NCBI RefSeq assembly: GCF_009914755.1
Contig: NC_060937.1
From: the human T2T-CHM13v2.0 reference genome, Homo sapiens
Strand: one strand, 5' to 3'
DNA length: 64,000 nucleotides
Positions 49,171 to 64,000 of this stretch are shown piece by piece. Position 1 is the first letter of the stretch; each line of letters begins with the position of its first letter. Below the pieces are notes generated by a model. It did not search any database. It was not told the origin of the DNA and saw only the letters and a program-made list of their open reading frames with translations. The translations under genes were made by a program, and so were the position numbers.

Positions 49171-51132
49171 ATGGCGATCAGATCGGACCACATTATGTAC
49201 TGGACACTATGCTAAACACCTTACATTCGTTATATTACTTGATCCTTTCACCAGCCCTGCAAGGTAGGGATTATTGTTGCCATTTTTAAATAATGAGACA
49301 ATTCAGAGAGATTTAGACATCAACCCCAGGACACACAGCTAGTAAGGAGCAGAGCTGAGACTCAAAGGCAGCTAACTTGACCGTCTGCCTGCAAGTTCCA
49401 GGCTGCCCACGCATACGATCACCGAGAGTTTAGGTGGTATCAACTACAGCTAGGGGCCAGCCAACATTGCCAAACCCAATCTGGAGAAGAAAGCAGATTG
49501 GGGAGAGAGCTCTCCCAGTATGGAAATGAGGAGTGCCTCTCTGGTGTACTGAGCATCTGAGGTCTCCACCCTGGTTTTCATAGTTCACTCTGCAGTTGCT
49601 GGCAGCTGTCTGCTGGTGGCTGCTGTAATGACCATAGCAGGGGATCATCGGGGAAAATCACCACGGCATTATCTTTCACAGACCTGCTGCCCCTTCCCCT
49701 CTTCCCCTGTACCCACTAACGACCCTGCACTTCAGGCACACATTCATGGCTGTTTCCTTCTGTTTTCATTTCCTTTGGATCAGATGTCTTTTTCAATTCA
49801 AAATGAAGAAGCAGTCAATGGAAGCCAATACCGTGTTGAGGTTAAAAGCGCTGGCTTTGGATTAAAACTGACCCAGATCAGCATCCCTGTTTTGTCCCTT
49901 TAACGGAGCAGCTTGGGTGAGGGCCTTATTTCCTCTAGGCCTTAGTTTCCTCATCTTTAAAATGGAGTTAACCGTAGTACCTACCTCACAGGGTGGCTGG
50001 TGATTAAATGAAGCAATGCATACAAAGCACACAGAGGCTGGAATTTAATAAGGCAGCCTTGAAACATTAGCCCTGAAAGAAAAAAAGATGGTAGAGACAA
50101 GTGATGGGGGTCAGGACACCACAGAATCCCCTATCTCTGCAGGGGGTGAGATCCAACACAGAAAATCAGGTCAAATGATTCTGGGTGACTTGGGCACTAG
50201 CAGTACTTGACCAGAAAGTTGCAGGCACTCCTGTCTTCCTCATACAGGCCCTCAGGTTACATTGCCCATGCTTTGCAGAGACTTCTTAGCTCTCTTGTCA
50301 CTCAATCAGCTCTGGACAAATGGAGTTGACTCTGGAAGCTACCATCTGGGTTCAGTTAACTAAATAGTAGTGGATCTGAGAAAGAGCCTAGAGCCAGTTT
50401 TTTGTTTTCCCATGAAATTCCTGGCCACTAGCTTTGACCAGCAATTGGAAATTTCAGGTCTGGTAAGCATGTTAGGCTTTATCTTATTATGTTAGGCTAG
50501 GTCAGGGTTATCTCCCTTCTCCAGTGGAAAAAATGCATTATATTTAGGACAAGCCTGCTGTGTTGATGTGACTAACCTGTGTTGATGGCACCCAGTGTGA
50601 TGCAGTCAGGGCTGGCCTGACATCTTCTCTCCATTGCCTTCTGTCTACTGCTCCGGCCCAGACCACATCAGTGCCACCAGCTTCTTCAGACCCTGCTTGC
50701 TCTCCTGCTTGTTGGCTTGATCACACTTGATCAATCCCAGTATGGTTTTGTCTTCTGTCTTCATGGTGGGCTCCGTGGTTGAGGAAGCATGATGCTGACA
50801 CTGGTGATCAAACATGCCTGTCTAGGGGTACTCAGGCAAGTAAAGCTCAGCCCAGGAATACCTGGAGCCTCGGGCTGCGTGACGGCCTCCAGATCATCTT
50901 CTTGTGGGTGTGCATGTTTTCAGTATGGCCTTTAGGGTTTTCAAGACCTTCACTCTGCTGGGGTGGGGTGGGAGGTGGAGGCTGGTGCAGAGCTACAGCT
51001 TCTTTTTTTACTTCTCTGCTTTTTCTTGAGAAGAGTGTGAACTTATATGTTTAAAGTAACCAATTCCAGAAAAGAGAACTATGTTGTTTTATCTGATGCC
51101 CTACAAATGCCATCAAAACCACATATTCCTGC

Positions 51133-52375
51133 TGTTATAGGATCTCTGGGGTGTCCATTTTTTTTGGCCGGAAACCTCTGTGGCCATGACAACTTTGCCT
51201 GAGTTCTTGTCCTGCATCCAGGAAGAATAAGGTACACAGACAAGTGAAGGGTGAAGAAGAAGGGTTTTATTTAGTGTTAGAACAGCTGAGAGGAGTGGTA
51301 GTTCCTCTCTGTAGGCAGGCCATCCAGTCCAGTTGAGTGTTCAGCTCTTAGCAGAGAGGAGGCCCTGGAGAGGGTGGCTCCTCTCCACAGCCGAGTCATT
51401 TGGAAGTCTCTGCAGGTCTCTGAAGCTCCCAGCAGAGAGGGTAGCTCCTCTCTGCTGGTCAGTCATCTCTGCAGCTCTCAGTGGAGAGGGTACTCCTCTC
51501 TGCAGCTGCTCATCCTGTCCATAGTCTCTTTGACCTTTTTGCCCTCTAGCCACCCTCTGGCCTGTTCTGGCTGAGCCCAGGGCTTTTATGGACCTCAGAG
51601 GAAGGAAGTGCCTGCAGATTGGTCCATGGGTGGCCATGGGCAGGCCCGGAAGAGGCACCATGAGTCCCCACTCCAGCCCGCAGGACTGGCAGCTTGGCCC
51701 CCAACCTTCAGGCCCTCCCTGGCCTGAAGGTGGGGCCTTACTGGGAACCCCCAGCCCCTTCCACCCAGGACTCTGTCTGCCTCCAGCTGCCATTCATGGT
51801 TCCAGGGCTTGGCCCCAACCCTGCTCTGAGATCGGAGTGGGTGCGGGGAGCAGAGAGAGGCCAGGCAGTGGGAGCAGACACCCCTGAGCCTGCAGGGATG
51901 GGGGTGGGGTCCTTCCTGGGGCACCTGAGGGTGCAGGCTGCGCAGATACCTCGGTCCTGCACCTGGGAGGGTGGCTACAGCTGCACCCAAAGCTCCTGCC
52001 CTGCCAACTCTGAAGGGGCAGGACTCCCGCTTGTCCCCAGCTCCTGCCTGCTTCCTGGAGCTGGAGACCCAGGTCTGCTGCCACAGGTGCCAAGGCTGCA
52101 GCTACACTGCTACACCTAGGAGGGTAGATCCTGCCTGTTCCCAGCTCCCCCAAGAGTACAGGGAGGCTCGGATACACAGCTGCAGTTTGGGTGGCTGTAG
52201 CTGGGCCCAGGAGGGCGGGGCTCCTGCCTGCTCCATAGAGCAAGAGGCAGGTCTGGGTCTGCAGCTGCGGTTTGGGCAGTTGCAGCAGAACGGGGAGCTC
52301 CTGTCCCAACTCAGAAGGGGTGGGGTTTCCACTGGCTTCATGGAGTGTGCAGCCCTAGCCATGCCTCCCTGCTCA
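51133..52375 (-). mobile_element. ERV1 solo LTR (MER52-like), GC-rich
   Basis: tgttataggatctctggggtgtc...ggccggaaacctctgtggcc; TG...CA ends with 4-bp TSD ctgc. Confidence 0.85.
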
Positions 52376-53151
52376 CTGCTAATCTTTGCTGTTCATAGCT
52401 TGGGGAGTTTAAGATTTAGGAGGGAAATAGGTAGTTTTTTCCCCTGGGTCATTTTTTTAGCCTTTAATTCTTCTATTTTTTATCTATCCAAAGAGAGACC
52501 AATTCATTTATTTTTTGGTTGGTAGATTTGAGGGTTGTCTTCCAAGTAAAATGTTAAAATAAGAGTGGCAGTCACAATGAAATAATATTTTATCTTATGA
52601 AAATAATTTTCAAGATATTTACAGTGAATTATGTGTTACATTTCACCAGAAATGCCCTATGCCACTTTTAAAAAAATGAAGTGATGAGCAGAGCATTGAA
52701 GGTTTTAATGTTTGATTTACTTCTGTCAACAGCAATATTTCAGATGTACCAGTCTCCTGTCCAAGAATCCCCAAACACATGGCATCGACTGCCCAGCAAA
52801 ATAGAATGAACCCCTTATTCTCCCCTCTGGAGGCTAAGTTAAGAAAAGTGAAGAACTTCGTTTGGTTATTCAGTCAGTTCAATGAAGCCTAGAGTGAAGA
52901 AACTAAACATATATATATATATATAGCTTCTGTTAGTCCTCAGTATTAAAAGTTAGCTTTTTTGTAAAAATTTTTCATTTTTATAAACTTCTGAAATGTA
53001 ATTTAAATTTTCCTCTTTGTTGGTCAATATTATCTAATATTAGCTAATTATGTTACTTTATTAGCAATATTAGCTATTTGTGTTGCATGATTAGTCCTTT
53101 CATTGATATCACATTTTTTCAAGTTACAGACTTATATCTGTATCTGGCATC

Positions 53152-53540
53152 TGCTATGGTTTAAATGTTTTTGTCTCCTCTAAAATTCATGTTAAAACTT
53201 AATTTTTAATGCAAGAGTATTGGAGGATGTGGGTCATGAATGGGATTAGGGATTAATCCTTTATAAAAGGACTTGATGGAGTCCCTGTAACAGTTGGAAG
53301 CTACCTCTTTGCCCTGCTGCCTTCTGCCATGTGAGGACACAGCATTCTTCTCCTCTGGAGGATGCAGCTTTCAAGGCACCATCTTAGAAGCAGAGATTGG
53401 ACCCTCACCAGACAACTTAACCTGACAGCGCCTTGATCTTGGACTTCTTAGCCTCTAGAACTGTGAGAAATAAATCTCTGTTCTTTTTAAATTACCCAGT
53501 CTCGGGTATTCTGTTATAGCAGCACAAATGAACTAAGACA
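53152..53540 (+). mobile_element. MaLR LTR (MSTD-like)
   Basis: tgctatggtttaaatgtttttgtctcc...gaactgtgagaaataaa...aactaagaca; TSD gcatc/gcacc. Confidence 0.85.
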
Positions 53541-53622
53541 GCACCTAATTCTACCCATAGACCAATATTTCTCCTATTATCCTTGGTTAAGTCTCTAGTG
53601 TTGTTTAAAAACTCCTCATACA

Positions 53623-54025
<403 letters not shown>

Positions 54026-54045
54026 CTACCAGGCATTTATAAACA

Positions 54046-54056
54046 TGACGTCAGCA
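54046..54056. promoter_or_regulatory. CRE plus MAF half-site (TGACGTCAGCA)
   Basis: Exact motif; minus strand reads tttTGCTGACGTCAt; function not shown. Confidence 0.3.
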
Positions 54057-55074
54057 AATCCTTCCTGCCATCTATAAGGAGGCTACTTTTATTCTCATTA
54101 CATGTGAAGAGACTGGGGCTCAGAGAAATTAAATAATAACTTACCCAATGTAATACAAACGAATAAGATAGTGGAATTGAATTTTGACCCATTCTCCAAT
54201 GCCAGTCTTCTCTAATGCTAAAGTCCATGCTGATTTTAAAAAATATTTTTATTTGTAGCCTAAATTCCTTACTTCTCCCAGAAAAGCAAACACTTAGACA
54301 CAATGAACCTCTTTAAAGTTCAAGTAAATACTTGGCCTCTCTAAGAAGTTGGTCTTTTCCATAAAGGATCCAAAAACAAGTTTGAACACTTGCAGAATAC
54401 AATTTTGAATTCTCTGTTATATGCTAGATAAGGGCTAGGTTTTGCTAACTGTCTAGAATGTTGATAGCAAATAGTGCGATTTGGTTTAGGAATTTTTACT
54501 TCTCAAGCACTATCATAAGTGATATTTCCAAATTTCTATATATTATCCTACCTCTGATAACAGTAACATAGTGTCATTGCTCCCATTCTAGAAGTAAAAA
54601 CAAAACAAAGCAAGACAAAGAGTTACCAAAAATGTGGATAACTTGGATTAAGGACTTGGTTATATGCATGAAATAAATTATTGAAAAGTAGACTGGCAGT
54701 GGAATCTAGATTTCCCAATTTCTGGTTCCACACACATTCTTTTTGACAGTAGTCTCTTTCTAGATTATTTCATGAGCACAAATTATAATAGTGGGACTTC
54801 TGTTTTAAGAATGTAACCTGTCATAAGGTTTAATTGTTTGACCAAAAAATAATGATTTACTGTCTTGCTATGTTCAAAATATTTAGGATTGGGATTATGT
54901 CTATATGAGACTCCATTTTCCTATTTAAATATGCTTTTATTTGCCCCAGTGACCTCCCTCTTAATTTGTATGGCCCTATTCACTCTATATGGTTTCTTTC
55001 AAAAAGGACATCTGGGTGTGGGGCTTTAGGCTAGATACTGAGGCCTATATGAAATAATTACAGTTGTTGGTAGG

Positions 55075-55767
<693 letters not shown>

Positions 55768-57326
55768 GTAGGCATTTGTTAAAAGTGAAGAAGCTCAGGA
55801 CATGGCCAGAGGACCTTCACAGACAGCTCACCCTCTCAGGGCGGTGCCTAGGAACAGTTGTCCAGGGGCCCAGATCACATTACTCAATATTGAAATGGCT
55901 AGATTGTTCCATCTCATCAAAGGAACAAACAAAGAAGAGAAAACAAAACTAAGGACAAGTGTAGGATCTGCAGAGGGAATTGGGTGAAACAAAATATAGG
56001 TGTGCAGATTCACATTGCTGAGAGTCAGATAATTCAACTCACTAAGGTAACAGAGATGGCTTGGATAGCTTTTATTATTTTTCTCACCATCTCGCATAGT
56101 TTTGCAATTAAAAAATAATCTAGGAGAAGATAAGAGAAAATACTAATCTTAGTCTGCTGCCTGGTGATGTGGGACCTAATAAATATTTGAGAAGGAAGAT
56201 GACTTTGCAGCGTTATAAACAAGAAATTCATTTTAGAAGCTGTAAGACCTGAGTCCTGTGTACTTGTCCACCCATGTGGGAGACATGGCCATGTGGCACC
56301 TGTTGATGACTGTCAGTCTTCGCCAATAAACCATAAGCTCCATAGGGCAAGGCCAAGACCATGTGTGTTTTGTTGAAAATCAATCCTCTGGGCTATAGTA
56401 AGCCTTCACGGTTGAATGAATGTATTGAATGAATGAATGATAATGTGTCTAGAAAGAAATATGTAATTAAAATATTCAGGTGATTTTTACTTTCTTTGTG
56501 ATAGTCTCTGAATTTTTCTTTTAACAATAAGTATTTGTCATTTTTTTGTTTGTTTTGTTGGCATTTTTTCAAAGCATTAAAAGATTCATTTCAAAAAGAA
56601 GAGACAGAAATATATACAATACTTTTAGGCCCAAAGGAGAAAACACTTCTTGTCAAACAGCCCAAATTCTAAGAAAACTGTCTGCACAAAGATCTTCTAT
56701 CAACATTATCACCAAAGAGAGAGAGAAGAGAAGAGAGAGTGGGAGCACTTAGCCAGAAGGTCAGGACAGCAACTCTACCTTTTTCCCAAGTGGCTCATGC
56801 CTTTTGTAGGGGAGACTTCAGTCTGAAATGTTGCACCCTACCCACCAGGAGATCCCCCTACATTAGACTGTTAGGCCTTCCTAACAGCCAGATAGACAGC
56901 TTCACAAAGCAGTCCAATGGAGAGTTGTAGTAGTCAGAGTTCTTCAGAGAAACAGAGCCAATAGAAGATAATATATATAGATAGCGATATATAGAGATGT
57001 AGAAAGAGATATATAGAGATATATAAAGAGATTTATTATAAGGAATTGATTCACATGATTATGAAGGCTGGCAAATCCCAAGATCTGCAGGGTGAGTCAG
57101 CAATCTGGAGACCCAGGAGAGACAATGGTTTGGTTCCAGCAGAATCTGAAGGCCTGGGAACCAGGAAAGCTGATGGTGTAGTTTGAGTCGAAAGGCAGAA
57201 AAAAAGCTGTCCCAGGCCAAAGGCAGCCAGGCAGAAGGAATTCCCTCTTATCTGTGGAAAGGTCAGCCTTTTTGTTCTAACCAGGCCTGCAACTGATTGG
57301 ATAATGCCCATCCACATTTGGGAAAG

Positions 57327-58002
<676 letters not shown>

Positions 58003-58224
58003 GAGGACAATCTACTTTAAACATTAGTCATATCAAAAAACACCCTCACAGAAACACCCAGAATAATATTAGACCAAATATTTGGGCATTCTGTGGCCCA
58101 GTCATTGATGCATAAAATTAACCATTACAGGAGTCATTTCAAGGGCTGGCACCTCCATTTCTACCCATGCTTCATGGTAAAGATTATTCAAAGGGCTTGG
58201 GAGACTATCTTTTTTCTTTTCCTA

Positions 58225-58730
58225 TATTGTTCAGGGTTTGCAAGCAACAGAAACCAAATCAGGTTGATTTATGTAAAAAGGTATCTGTTGGAAGGATATC
58301 AGGTTGCTGGCAACATGGATAGAAGGGCTGGCGAAACATGATTTTAAAGTAGCAGGTATCCAGGGAAGCTAGCCTGTAGAAACTAGCTTGCCAGAGCTCT
58401 ACCACCACCAACTTACACACGGCCCCACCACTGGACACTAAAGCCACACAGCTGTCATTGCTAAATCCATGCCATGGCTGTGAATCAAATCTGATCATTT
58501 GTCTGCCTCTGTGTCCCTCAAGGGTCAAAGTACCTGGTGGGAGTGTCTGATTGGCCCAGACAGGTCGTGTGCCTTTATCCTGATGCCAGAGGGATGGGAG
58601 AGGAAACATCGTCTTTCCATTCTGTCTTATTTAGTGGAAGGTAAAGGCCTGTTTCCCACTTATAAGAATGGAGGATTCTCCACAACCAGGAAGTGGATTC
58701 AGATACTGGGAAGCCAAAGTAGCAATTATG
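58225..58730 (-). mobile_element. Old MaLR LTR (MLT1-like)
   Basis: ggtttgcaagcaacagaaacc...gtgtctgattggcccagacaggtc motifs; degenerate. Confidence 0.5.
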
Positions 58731-58922
58731 CACTGCAGTCCTGTTAGAACTGACCTGCTTTTCATGTGGTCAGTGCTTAGAATAAAAGGAACTCAAGGCA
58801 AACACGCCAATTAGTAAGCTTGGCACAGGGGATTATAATCAGAAGCAGGAAGCAACATCTGAGAAAGGGCATTTGGCTTGCTTTTGGATGACTTAGTGTT
58901 TGAGACCCAAGCAGAAACTTTG

Positions 58923-59023
58923 GAAAGACTCCCTTCATCAATTAGCCTCCTGAAAAGTACTTAGTATACATTGGTTATGCACCTGGTGTGGTACATACAA
59001 AAGAACAACCCTTGTGAAATAAA
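58923..59023 (+). repeat. 101-bp dispersed direct repeat, copy 1
   Basis: 98/101 identical to 60310-60410. Confidence 0.97.
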
Positions 59024-59360
59024 CAGGCCTTTCAGCCTCTCCACTTCTCCTTGGCATACTATGTTCACTTAGCAGGACAGAAAAAGGAGGAAGCTGTCAG
59101 AAGCTGGCCCCTTGCTCTGTCTGGAGTTTGTTTCCATTAATTCCTGTACTTTCTGGGCTTTCTCTCCCTCTATGCTCAAAGGTCCCAGTTCCTGGATCAA
59201 AACTTGGAAGTGAAATGAAGCTGAGTAAGGCTTGAGTGAGTAGCCACACTCAGTGGTCTCACTGTATGGGAAAGATTCTTCACCTGTTTGAAAACAAGAT
59301 GCCTTTAAAAATCTAATAAAAGCTACATCCCTCCTGCACCCTCCCCACCAAAAAAATTCA

Positions 59361-59801
59361 TGTCTTCTCAAAAGACATTTCAACAAATTTAGTTAAATAA
59401 TCTAATTGACTTTTACTTGCGATTCATGAATCAGGCAGCATCTCGTCTAAAAATAAAGAGGTGCTATGCCAGGCATGGCAGATTAACTAGCTTTTATAAA
59501 GCAGCTGAGCAGGAACAAGGAAACAGCATAATACAGGAAATGAATTGGTTAACATCAGGTTACTTTCCTTGGAAGTATTAAAGCGGAAAAGACTTCCTTA
59601 TCATCTGGCCAAAACTGGCCTGTTTGGAGACTTGGCTATTCTCTCTCCCACCTGATTTCTCAGAAGGTCACTTAAAACAATTTACTTTCAGCTTGGTGAA
59701 GTGGAAATTTAGCATCAGTGACTCCATTTTGGTTTGGTCTGTTGGGGTGTAATGCAGGAGCTAAGTCCAAATCAATGGTCTCCTATAAATTTTGTTTAAC
59801 A
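59361..59801 (-). mobile_element. ERV1 solo LTR (MER31-like)
   Basis: Minus strand starts tgttaaacaaaatttataggagaccattgatttggacttagctcctgca...aaaatggagtcac. Confidence 0.75.
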
Positions 59802-60039
59802 CTTCACAAAACACCAACAAATTTGCAAAACACTTGAGAAACTTTACAACTTTCCTGAAACTCAAAAGAATCTAAGAAACAAAGATTAATAATTGTGATC
59901 TAAAATTAAGAAAAGAAGAGTTTCCATAAATGTATCTTCCTTCCTTTACCTTTAAAGCATAAAACCTGGAGGAAAGGCCATCTTTCTGCAGGAGACGTCT
60001 AGACTCAACCACCTTCTACAGACAAGAGTCCTCAGAAAC

Positions 60040-60097
60040 AAGTTCACTAACAACCCTTTTTTTTTTCTTTTTTTGTTTTTAAGTTCACTAACAACTC
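60040..60097 (-). mobile_element. Orphan poly(A) insertion with a 17-bp TSD
   Basis: aagttcactaacaac(c/t)c flanks a 24-nt T tract at 60057-60080. Confidence 0.8.
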
Positions 60098-60309
60098 AAC
60101 GAAATTTCCTCCTCCTCCTTTATCAATACTCCAAGACAGTCATCCGCTTTGCTGCGCTGCAATTTTAAACTGTTCAACTGTTACAAACTTAAAATTCTCT
60201 GAATACTGTATTGCGTTTCAATAGAGTAGAATGGCTAGTCTATTAGAATAGAATGGCTTTTAATCAAGTAATTTCCTTTCACGGGCCACATTTCTCATCA
60301 TCTGGGCTA

Positions 60310-60810
<501 letters not shown>

Positions 60811-60877
60811 TAGAATGTTTCTAAAATCTGACACCTAATTTCCATGTTTTCCTGTTCAGATCTTTATAGTCTCCTAT

Positions 60878-62106
<1,229 letters not shown>

Positions 62107-62286
62107 TCCAACAAACTTTTAATTACACTCTACTCTCTCCATTTTCATCTTCCTCCAACCTGTTATATTTTACTCAGCAGAAGATTAATCTTCCCCAAAA
62201 TATCAATTTCATCAAATTGATGCCTTTTTCAAAAACTTCTGTTTTCATTGCCTACAGAATAACGTTATAACTCTGTAGTCAAACCC

Positions 62287-62900
62287 TGTGATGGGTTTAT
62301 GCTGAGTTAAATTGGCTAATCTTGGAACTACATTTCCTCAATTCCCTTCCCCAAAGAGTTTCAGGTTAGTGTTGCCCACAAGAGAAAAGCCAAGTATCCA
62401 CAGGATACTTGGATAGCAGGCAGGAGGGAGCAGCCATTTCCAGGCTCTGAGTGTCAGAATGGTCCCAGCTGCAGTGGCTAACACAGCACGGTGGTCTACA
62501 GGCTAGCAGCCTGCAGCTCCTCAGGCTCCTGCCGGGTCCTGTCTTTCAGCTTCTCCAAGTCCAGCGCCAGGTTTTTGTGCAGCTCAAAGCAAAGGGCATC
62601 AGTTCTTCTATATGTCACCGTGTCATCAAGGCTGGAGGTGGTGAGAGACAGAGTCAAGTGGTTCTTAAGGGTTTCAGTCCTTGAAGCTCCTTGTTTGCCC
62701 TGCTTTTTCCTATTTCCTATCCAGCCTTTCTTCCCGACAGCTGACATCTGACCTATGGAGACAGCAGGTCCAACATCAGATTCAAGAAGCAACAGCCCTG
62801 CATAGATTCCTCCACCAGCACCCACGACTGCATCAGGGCTAACCCGTGGAATAAACCACTCTTAATGGTTCCGCTTCTCTGATCAAACCCTGATTATGCC
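62287..62900 (+). mobile_element. ERVL-type LTR (subfamily uncertain)
   Basis: tgtgatgg...ggaactacatttcc...aataaa...ttctctgatcaaaccctga terminal pattern. Confidence 0.55.
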
Positions 62901-63349
62901 CAGCCACCTCATTTCCCTCTTAATCTCTTCATAGGCATCTCTCTGGTACTCCAAGCAGTTTAATTACCCAGGCATGTTATGTGAGCTCCACCTGGACGCC
63001 ATTGCTATGGCCTTGTCTTCCACTGACTCACCTCTCCAGTCACCCAAATCTCACGCACAACCTACAAACTCCAACTCAAGTCCTCTCTGCAGCTTCCCTC
63101 GACCACTTCAGCCCCTGGTGACCTCCTCCCAGTGACTGGAATGGGGATTCTCAATTTTTCTCATGAGGATACACATGGGAAGTGAGCCCCAGGGTTCTGG
63201 CTGCTCCCAACACCAAGTCCCTCCAAGGATCGAAAGGATTAATATCTCAGCATCGATAATCATTTGCATCCAGTTGGAGAGTCTGGTGCAAATCTCTTTT
63301 CTGTAATATCAAGTTGGAATTTAAATTATCTTGCAATGGAAAGAGGCAG

Positions 63350-63580
63350 TGTTACACAGTGACCCAACATAGAGCAAATGAGTTCTGAATTTAAATCTCC
63401 ACATCAATGACAAGGGGAGCTCCAGATACAAATCACTCGGTCTTTCTAAGCCTCAGTTTCCACAGCTATAAAAGAGAAATAATCATGTCTACTTCACTGC
63501 AGTGGTTGTAGAGATTTAATTAGATACTATGGAGCAAGTATACAATGCCTTGCTTATAAAATTGCTAATCATATCTGCTA
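63350..63580 (+). mobile_element. MIR SINE
   Basis: aatcactcggtctttctaagcctcagtttccacagctataaaa core. Confidence 0.7.
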
Positions 63581-64000
63581 TAATTATTATTGTACATATT
63601 TACTGACTAGCCATTAATAAGCTATTTGCAAGAAAATAATTATGTAACATTGTTAAATATTGACCCTGGGTTGGGCATTAGACTACACTTTTCATAACTT
63701 CTTTAGTTCTCCAATAACCCTATAAGGTGGGTAGCGTTAAAATACTTAATTTGTACGTGAGGACACCTCCACATAATTTTCTTGGCCACAGCAACATAGC
63801 GTTTCTCCTACCACCTACTGGGAAGCACACATGTTGCTTCCTTTGCCTAATATAACCCTTTCACAACCTGCCCTAACCCTTATATTCATAATTGTATCCT
63901 CCTGACCAGAATGCAATGCTGGGTTCTGGCCAAGAGGGCCCCAGACCAGGGAAGTTGTTTAAAATGAGTCACATAAATGTGCAGGAAGAAACATGTGGTT

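Noticed and set aside
51333-52525. Cluster of long overlapping ORFs (up to 184 aa) on both strands
   Set aside because: They lie almost entirely within a GC-rich MER52-like solo LTR with a TSD; stop-codon scarcity explains them.
62451-62825. ORFs of 77-109 aa near the right end
   Set aside because: They lie inside an ERVL-type LTR relic and match no protein family I recognise.

Overview
Repeat-dense primate (catarrhine, probably human) nuclear DNA. I cannot identify any intact known protein-coding gene, RNA gene, CRISPR array or prokaryotic-type system, and nearly all supplied ORFs are read-throughs of Alu, L1 or LTR sequence. The window holds about 42 Alu or Alu-monomer copies, one TSD-bounded rearranged L1PA (35349-38378, minus strand), about 15 solo LTRs (MaLR, ERV1, ERVL), several hAT and Tigger DNA-transposon fossils including a triple nest, and MIR, L2 and L1M relics plus microsatellites. 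The best leads are: a candidate plus-strand 3' gene end (37-nt exon at 4590-4626 and a terminal exon from 9008 with AATAAA); an L1 whose RT region is joined directly to its 3' terminus at a 3-nt microhomology; a young 101-bp dispersed direct repeat; an orphan poly(A) insertion with a TSD; a ~52-nt structured, A-tailed mini-retroposon; a MIR-derived hairpin; and an unexplained non-repeat, ORF-dense island at ~10.4-11.9 kb. Repeat subfamily names come from recalled consensus sequences and need RepeatMasker/Dfam confirmation. Boundaries are read by eye.
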